47,972 nt of DNA. Origin: Candidatus Deferrimicrobium sp. (GTDB lineage: Archaea; Asgardarchaeota; Lokiarchaeia; Helarchaeales; HEL-GB-A). Each line of letters starts with the position of its first letter. Positions within the stretch are counted from its first letter, which is position 1. The translations under genes and the position numbers were made by a program. The notes under the pieces were generated by a model. The model was not told where the DNA came from. It saw only the letters and a program-made list of their open reading frames with translations, and did no database searches. Location: positions 1 to 47,972 of the forward strand of contig DATKTP010000150.1 of the NCBI GenBank assembly GCA_035531115.1, in the 5' to 3' direction. Positions 42,147-47,972 of the stretch are shown here, one piece after another.

Positions 42147-43409
42147 TTACTTTCCATCCTCTGGTTCTTCCCATCCGAGCACCTTTAGCGCTTCCAGTAC
42201 TGCTTCTTTATCGGAAATTTTAAAGAGATCTTCATCATCTCCTGTAGTAGCTGCAGGAGCCGTAGCTACGAAAGGTATATTTGCGGGTTTAGCTGCAGTT
42301 TTTGCGGGAGCTGGTTGTCCAACAAAAGGTATTTGCTGCCGAGCAGGTTGTGGGCGCGAAACAGGTTGTGTGGGTTGTGGTTTTGCTTGTGGTTTTAAAG
42401 CATCCATTAATGCTTGCGTATCTACCTTTGAAGTAGTTGCCGTGGTGGGCGCAGGCTCTTTTTCTGTTCCTAATGCTTGTAGTGCTTCAAAAAGCGCACT
42501 TTTATCAATAGAACCTGAGGAAGGTTTAGGTGAAATAGGTTTCGGTTCTTCAATCGCAATTGGCTCAGGCTCAAAACTTACTGGAATCGGTTCCGGTTCT
42601 TCACTTATTGCAATAGGCTCCGGTTCCTCGATCGCAATCGGTTCAGGTTCCTCAATTGTCTGAATTGTCTCTGGTTCCTCAATAATACTCAGTGCCTCCA
42701 ATGCCTCCGAAATTTTATCTTCTACAGGTTCCGGTTGTACTTGAGAGAATTGCGGGGTTTGTAGATGAGTAGGTCTAGGTGTTGGAGTCATTGCTTTCGG
42801 TATTTGCGCCGTACTGACAGCTGGCTGTGCCCTAACAGTTGAAGTAGGACCTTCTAACAGGGATGCTGCAGTAGGACCCACAGCTCCAACTGGCATTGGA
42901 GCAGGTTTTGGTACTGGAGTAGGCGCTTCAATTGCATATCCCAATGTTTCAGCAACTTTTGCAGAAAACCGATGAAGTAATGCTAAATAATACCCCATAC
43001 GTGAAGTATTTTTACAAGAGCCAACTATCATATGTTTGGGTCCAGCAGAAGTTAAAATAGTATATCCGTCTTCTCCTCTTACAATAATCTCTTTGAGGCT
43101 TCCATGGCGTAGTTGTCTTAAAGTGGTTTCTCCTAAATTAACTAAGGCAGCACTGGCTGCTGAATATACATCTGCATCAAGTTCTGCACCAACGGCACAG
43201 GCAATTCTCATTCCCTCCTTGGAAACAACAGCGCACGCTTCGAGTTCCGTTCTCGCTTCTAACTTCTGTAATAAATTGGTAAGTAGGTGTTTTGTCTCTT
43301 CTGATAATTGTTCTTCCATTTCTTTTTCACTTCTCTTCCTTAATTTAGTAAAAATCTTTCCTGATAGCAATACTATGCTTATTTGGGGGTGATTATTTAT
43401 CAAATACAA
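42147..43409 (-). CDS. Roadblock/LC7-domain protein with long Pro-rich C-terminal region containing EPEPIAI repeats
   Basis: The Roadblock core reads ELEACAVVSKEGMRIACAVGAELDADVYSAASAALVNLGETT...EIIVRGEDGYTILTSAGPKHMIVGS. The repeats read IEEPETIQTIEEPEPIAIEEPEPIAISEEPEPIPVSFEPEPIAIEEPKPI. The true start is probably the internal ATG at 43319 (MEEQLSEE). Confidence 0.65.
   Translation of the reverse strand: MYLINNHPQISIVLLSGKIFTKLRKRSEKEMEEQLSEETKHLLTNLLQKLEARTELEACAVVSKEGMRIACAVGAELDADVYSAASAALVNLGETTLRQLRHGSLKEIIVRGEDGYTILTSAGPKHMIVGSCKNTSRMGYYLALLHRFSAKVAETLGYAIEAPTPVPKPAPMPVGAVGPTAASLLEGPTSTVRAQPAVSTAQIPKAMTPTPRPTHLQTPQFSQVQPEPVEDKISEALEALSIIEEPETIQTIEEPEPIAIEEPEPIAISEEPEPIPVSFEPEPIAIEEPKPISPKPSSGSIDKSALFEALQALGTEKEPAPTTATTSKVDTQALMDALKPQAKPQPTQPVSRPQPARQQIPFVGQPAPAKTAAKPANIPFVATAPAATTGDDEDLFKISDKEAVLEALKVLGWEEPEDGK
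42540..42690 (-). repeat. imperfect in-frame tandem repeat (24-27 nt units) encoding E-E-P-E-P-I-A-I
   Basis: The plus strand shows repeated ggttc(t/c)tc(a/g)at(c/t)gcaat(n)gg(c/t)tc units in at least five copies. Confidence 0.7.
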
Positions 43410-43557
43410 CTAGGGGATAGTTACATAAATATTTTAACCCTTCATTAAAAGTTTCGTTTTAACTATTTGAATCTATGTTGATATTTGAACTTCTTTAATT
43501 TAAAGAATATGACCATAGAGATAATGCTGGCAAATAAGTTACAATTTCAGTAACTTG

Positions 43558-43932
43558 CTAACTATTCAGGAAAATGGGGCTCAAATTTTGAGGATAGGGC
43601 TTTCCCGTCTCAAATTTCATATATTCTTGAAACCCCCTTTGAGCAGCTTCTTCGATAGATTTTACCATCTTTTCGTAAATCGAGCGAAATTTCTCATCGA
43701 AACATTCTGAGTACCCATTAGGGTTAAACTCGGCTATTAATTTTCCATTTTTATCGAAAATTTCAAAATTTGGTCGAGGAATTGGACCTGCCACTGGTTC
43801 CGAAGTCCTTATAGGCTCACGCCTCTTTATTTCATACTCATTCGTCGAATATTTCTTAAATGCCTCCGGAATTTCCCACTCTCGTGCATTATCCATCGCT
43901 TGGTATTTTGGGTGTTTTACCATCAGACTCAC
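43558..43932 (-). CDS. hypothetical protein (124 aa)
   Basis: An isolated ORF with normal composition. I recognised no motif. Confidence 0.4.
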   Translation of the reverse strand: MSLMVKHPKYQAMDNAREWEIPEAFKKYSTNEYEIKRREPIRTSEPVAGPIPRPNFEIFDKNGKLIAEFNPNGYSECFDEKFRSIYEKMVKSIEEAAQRGFQEYMKFETGKPYPQNLSPIFLNS

Positions 43933-44020
43933 CTTTATTTTTTAAAATATTTGTTGGTTTTTTTTTAATATTCCTATTAAAACTGAATACATAAATACCT
44001 GAACCTCTATTAAATGACAA

Positions 44021-44112
44021 TGGATGATGATTAGTGTGGATAATGAATGAGTGTTTTTATGAAACCAGTTTTGGTTTAAAAAGGCTATCTGAATCCCCGC
44101 TATCATCATCCA
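44021..44112. repeat. 11-nt perfect inverted repeat (TGGATGATGAT) flanking a small palindrome, in the intergenic region upstream of the Orc1/Cdc6-like gene
   Basis: tggatgatgat lies at 44021-44031 and its reverse complement atcatcatcca at 44102-44112. The palindrome aaacca-gttt-tggttt lies at 44062-44077. The right arm continues into ccacccctccacatc. Confidence 0.6.
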
Positions 44113-44267
44113 CCCCTCCACATCGCAGTTCTTTCATTATCTGAGGGTTTTTTCAAATAGCTAAATTGTTTTTCGTTTTTTTTTGCGCGAATTCGTTAGG
44201 AAGTTGCATGGTATAGATATTAAATAAAGGGGTCTTTAAATATTCTTTATTTTGATAATTTATTAGG

Positions 44268-45437
44268 TTGAGGCATATGACTTTATCTCCATCTCAGTTT
44301 GGATATCCACGGGCTCTTTATGACCCAAATTATGTTCCACCAAAGCTCCTTCATAGAACTAAAGAATTGAAATCTTTATTGAATATCTTCCAATCCAGTT
44401 TAAATCCAGGAGATTTATTTGACATTAACGTTTATATTCACGGAATTCGTGGAATTGGAAAAACAGTTTTTGCTAAGTACTTCATAGAACTTTTGAAAGC
44501 TAATTTTGAAGAAAAATTCATTCCTATTCATTTAAATCTTACAATTAAAAATCCGAATGAAAACTTACGATTAATTGTTGAGCTATATTCTCAATCTATT
44601 TCCAATAAATTCACTTATTTAAAGAATTCAAAAGAATTATGGAGTTATTTTCATTTTTTACGGAATAAAAGCAATATTCCTCTAATTCTTATTTTTGATA
44701 ATGTAGATTATTTTAACCAACCTTTATATGAAAGATTTATTCGATATTCAAAAGATCTTAAAATTTCAACGATTGCTACTTCTCAAATTTCTCCCAGATC
44801 TTGGAAAAATAAATCAGATGTCTTAACTGAATATTTAGATTTCCCTCTTAAACTGGATATCTATTCTCCATCTGCTTTATTGGATATCCTCTCGCAACGA
44901 ATTTCAATAGCATTTCCCGTTGAACTAGATCATGAGATTTTACAATATATTGTAGATATTGTTACACAATTTGATAATTATCGCCCAAGTACGTGCATAA
45001 CTGTTTTAAAAACAATTTACCATCAATTAATTAGTGGAAATGACATTAATCCGACGTTAATAAGAGAATCTTCATATCCTTTACTCGAGTTTCCATATCA
45101 AGGTGATTTAGATTGCTTGCTTCAATTGGATGACTCTTTAATTGAACTTCTTTATTACCCTTTTCTAGAGAAAATCGCTCTTTACTTTAAGAATGGAAAA
45201 AACATCTATGTTTCTTACAAAGAATTATTTAGAATATATAGAATTGCATGTGATGAACTTCTTTTACCGTATAACCAAAATCAATTCGAAAAATTTATCG
45301 AAAAATTAGTATTTGATGGATTCTTGTACCCATCCCAATTTAACGCAAATACAAATGAAAATCGATTCTTTATAATAATTGATCCTTTTAGATTACTCGA
45401 GTATTTAGAAATAAAATTTTCAGAAGATCTAGACTAA
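44268..45437 (+). CDS. Orc1/Cdc6-like AAA+ ATPase with C-terminal winged helix; degenerate Walker B
   Basis: LLHRTKELKSLLNIF...NVYIHGIRGIGKTVFAKYF contains Walker A GxxGxGKT. The Walker B position reads LILIFDNVDYF (D-N instead of D-E). The C-terminal region is wHTH-like (VSYKELFRIYRIACDELLLPYNQNQFEKFIEKLVFDGFLY). The likely ATG is at 44277. Confidence 0.6.
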   Translation: MRHMTLSPSQFGYPRALYDPNYVPPKLLHRTKELKSLLNIFQSSLNPGDLFDINVYIHGIRGIGKTVFAKYFIELLKANFEEKFIPIHLNLTIKNPNENLRLIVELYSQSISNKFTYLKNSKELWSYFHFLRNKSNIPLILIFDNVDYFNQPLYERFIRYSKDLKISTIATSQISPRSWKNKSDVLTEYLDFPLKLDIYSPSALLDILSQRISIAFPVELDHEILQYIVDIVTQFDNYRPSTCITVLKTIYHQLISGNDINPTLIRESSYPLLEFPYQGDLDCLLQLDDSLIELLYYPFLEKIALYFKNGKNIYVSYKELFRIYRIACDELLLPYNQNQFEKFIEKLVFDGFLYPSQFNANTNENRFFIIIDPFRLLEYLEIKFSEDLD

Positions 45438-45439
45438 AA

Positions 45440-45637
45440 TTAGCCTTCAATTTCATCTGCTTTATGTTGTGCCGTGTTTGCTTTTTCTTCATTTCCCGCT
45501 TTCTTATACCATTCAACTGCACTTAACAAAAGACTTTTAGCTTTTTTTGGTTCTCGCGATCTTAAATGCTCTCCCGCAAGCTCCACGTAATAATCGCCTT
45601 TTTTTTCCGCGAATTCAATCAATTGCTTACTCATCAT
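45440..45637 (-). CDS. small helical protein (65 aa), TPR/MIT-like hairpin
   Basis: GDYYVELAGEHL...AKSLLLSAVEWYKKAGNEEKA has an A-x3-Y-x2-AG TPR-like pattern. It is convergent with the Orc-like gene, 2 nt away. Confidence 0.3.
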   Translation of the reverse strand: MMSKQLIEFAEKKGDYYVELAGEHLRSREPKKAKSLLLSAVEWYKKAGNEEKANTAQHKADEIEG

Positions 45638-45921
45638 TATCCCCAGTTATTTCATTGCTATACATTACTATTCAATCATCTATATTAATGTCTTTTTAAT
45701 TTCTCAAGAAAAGAGAGTTCCATTTGAAACAGCGGATAAATCCATAATTTTATCACCCTACAAGCAATTGTTCCGCCTTATTTTTTTAAATTCATTCAAA
45801 ATTTTATAGAAGATGCAAATTGTTTGATTAATCATTTTAAATCCTTCTTATTCTTCCAACCCCTTCTAATATTTACGATTTTTCTTCTATTCAAAAACGG
45901 CTCTAGACGGTTAATTCGCAC

Positions 45922-46851
45922 TTAATGCCTTTTGCTTATACGCTTCATTCTTTCTCCCCTTAAACCGCGGAGTTCCCTTAAACGTGCAGGAAGTGATTCT
46001 ATCCCACAACCAATAAGATCCAAGCGTTTGAGTGCTTGTAGATTTTCTAGGCTCGCAGGTAATTCAGTTAAGAATTTAGAACCGATAATTGATAATTTTT
46101 TGAGTGCTTTTAAATTTCCCATACTCTCAGGTAATCTAATAAATCCAAAACATCCAAAAAGGCTTAATTCTTGAAGTGCCTGTAAACTTCCTATGCTCTC
46201 AGGTATTGGCTCTCTTACATTGTAAATATATAATTTTTTTAATGACATTAAATTCCCATTTCTATTTAAAAACGAACAAAATGCGACCCCATCAACCCAT
46301 AATACTTGGAGTTTATGTAATTCAGTCACATTGGTAGGCAATTCTTTTATTTCGGAACAGTTTCTAATATGCAATTTTTTAAGAGAGCTTAAATTACCAA
46401 TAGTTTCGGGTAAATTAGTTAAGGACTTACAGCCCTTTAACGAAAGTATTTTAAGTTTTTGTAGATTCCCTATTTCTTTATCTATTTTTTTTAAGCAATG
46501 ACACTCATCTAAATATAAAAATTCTAGTGATTGAAAGGATTTCAGGACTTTAAATTCTTCAAATGTATTAAAGGGAAAAATAGCGTCTTTCCGTTTTAGA
46601 AACTCATAAAATGATTTCAAATCTTTCAAATCTTTAAATTTATTGAAGGTCTGTGGTAGATCAGGAGCTAGATCACTAATATCGGTATAATTGCTTAGAT
46701 ACAGCGCCTTAAGCCCCGTAAGTTCCTCCAGCCCCTCAATTTGATGCATATATGAAATTCTTTTTCGACGAAGATCTAATTTACCTCTATCATCCAGAAA
46801 GATTTTCTCCCCATGCACCATAACAAACTGCTTATGGGTATCGGGCGCCAC
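45922..46851 (-). CDS. leucine-rich repeat protein (Cys-containing, plant/ROCO-type LRRs)
   Basis: The repeats resemble IGNLQKLKILSLKGCKSLTNLPETIGNLSSLKKLHIRNCSEIKELP and SIGSLQALQELSLFGCFGFIRLPESMGNLKALKKLSI. It uses a GTG start at 46851 or an ATG at 46821. Confidence 0.8.
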   Translation of the reverse strand: MAPDTHKQFVMVHGEKIFLDDRGKLDLRRKRISYMHQIEGLEELTGLKALYLSNYTDISDLAPDLPQTFNKFKDLKDLKSFYEFLKRKDAIFPFNTFEEFKVLKSFQSLEFLYLDECHCLKKIDKEIGNLQKLKILSLKGCKSLTNLPETIGNLSSLKKLHIRNCSEIKELPTNVTELHKLQVLWVDGVAFCSFLNRNGNLMSLKKLYIYNVREPIPESIGSLQALQELSLFGCFGFIRLPESMGNLKALKKLSIIGSKFLTELPASLENLQALKRLDLIGCGIESLPARLRELRGLRGERMKRISKRH

Positions 46852-47007
46852 GACCTCAACTCCATCCTGATATGTTGAAGAATTTTTTAATATAAAGGTA
46901 AGTTCCTATACTTATTTTATATTATTTAAGTTTAGATAATAGCATTTCTAATCTATTTTTAATATATATTTACTATAAAATAAGTAAGTCTCCGGTTTTG
47001 AAGATAT

Positions 47008-47361
47008 CTATTCGTTCTTAAATATGTTTATTTGTTCCAAAAATTCAAATTCTTCTTTCCCAATTAAAGTTTTTTGTTTAGATATTAATTTTTTCAATGC
47101 AACATTTATTGCTTCCTCTGATCTATCTATTCCTATCCATGTTCTACCTAATTCTTGAGCTGCTTTCAGAGTTGTTCCTGAACCGCAAAAACAATCCAAA
47201 ACAATACTATCTTGGTTGGAAGATGCACTTACAATTAATTTGAGCAATTCCGAATTCTTTTCAGTTGGATATAAAGGGTTCTGCAAATCTTTGAACTTTA
47301 AAATATCTTGTATTTTTTTTCCATCCTTTTCATCAGCATAAATTTTTTTTCGTTTTAACAT
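47008..47361 (-). pseudogene. C-terminal half of a beta-class N4/N6 DNA methyltransferase (motif I only); probable gene remnant
   Basis: YPTEKNSELLKLIVSASSNQDSIVLDCFCGSGTTLKAAQELGRTWIGIDRSEEAI matches the hPTxKP ... DPFxGSGTT ... GIE region. No DPPY (motif IV) segment is present in the ORF or in the AT-rich 400 nt upstream. Confidence 0.55.
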
Positions 47362-47972
47362 TATTTAAAGACGAAATTAATTTTATATATATTTAATACT
47401 CCCGCTTTTGGTTAGTTATAGATGCTTAATAAAATTACTTTTTAAGTTTAGTTAAATTTAAACTCAACCCAGAATATTAGAATACCATTAAATTTAATGA
47501 AAGATATCATATATCTTCTTATTTATAAAATTAGAGCCAAACTGAACTTATAGAACATATTAATACATATATTCCTAACTTTACTTAAAAATAAAAAAAA
47601 TTCTGCCCTTTAATATTTTTTTTAAACCTTTACGAGGGTTTTATGAGAGTCAGACTTTTTTAGAAAACCTTTATAGAGAAATTCTGAATAATAAAAAACT
47701 ATCCCTTTATCCAGATATTAAGGGAAAAGTTTTTAAGATAAAATAGCTTAATATTAGTTCAAAAGCAGAAAAGATGGGGAAAAAATGATAAATATGAAAA
47801 TCTTTTCAATTGTAGTCCAAAATCACTCAGCTGCATACTTCAATTTTAAAGTCAAAATTGATCAATATTTTTTCTGAAGCTCGGGACTTTCCATATACTT
47901 CTCTGAAATATCATATCCTACTTACTTGTGCTTTATATTATAATTTTAAAAATGGATTTACGTTAAAAGACT

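Noticed and set aside
42370-43392. Plus-strand ORFs 42370-42663 and 43036-43392 inside the Roadblock/Pro-rich gene
   Set aside because: They are antisense to a confidently assigned Roadblock domain and to the tandem repeat. The GSGS repeat composition is the complement of EPEP.
1-47972. Search for CRISPR arrays, rRNA genes, IS elements, transposases and integrases
   Set aside because: I saw no regularly spaced direct repeats of 25-40 nt, no rRNA-like conserved stretches, and no DDE or tyrosine-recombinase-like ORFs. The only tandem repeats are in-frame coding repeats.

Overview
The window is an AT-rich, densely coding archaeal chromosomal segment with about 47 protein genes and one intron-containing tRNA. 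I saw no rRNA, CRISPR array, transposase or integrase. Several markers point to an archaeon: tRNA-splicing endonuclease EndA, a tRNA-Cys with a bulge-helix-bulge intron, CofG/CofH, a GPN-loop GTPase, an Orc1/Cdc6-like ATPase, NFACT/Rqc2, a DUF106 Oxa1-type protein, Lrp/AsnC and a KaiC-like ATPase. Eukaryote-like modules are unusually frequent: Roadblock/LC7-like, longin-like and profilin-like domains, LRR proteins, RWD/UBC-like plus RING-type fingers, a Get3/ArsA ATPase and proline-rich low-complexity proteins. This suggests an Asgard (Loki-type) archaeon, which I cannot confirm without a database search. Housekeeping content covers glycerol catabolism (GlpD-like, FGGY kinase), acyl-CoA dehydrogenase with EtfBA, riboflavin/F420 precursor genes, ThiF-like E1, ThiI, NadC, a dihydroorotase-like amidohydrolase and CBS proteins. 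The main candidates for something new are as follows. (1) A block at 2.4-11.8 kb has six co-directional genes: an SDS22-type LRR, Get3 fused to an HSP20-like domain, an MBL hydrolase, a small protein ending RRVGGV, a longin-like protein, and a 736-aa scaffold. The scaffold reads as Roadblock-like, then three winged-helix repeats, then a Pro-rich linker, then a profilin-like domain. This block faces two divergent E3-like genes, one with a FANCL-like arrangement of three RWD/UBC-like folds plus a RING. (2) An amidohydrolase is translationally coupled to the archaeal riboflavin reductase and lies divergent from cofGH, making it a candidate for the unassigned archaeal pyrimidine deaminase. (3) An inverted-repeat element lies upstream of a divergent Orc1/Cdc6 paralog. 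All domain calls come from reading motifs by eye and need profile or structure searches.
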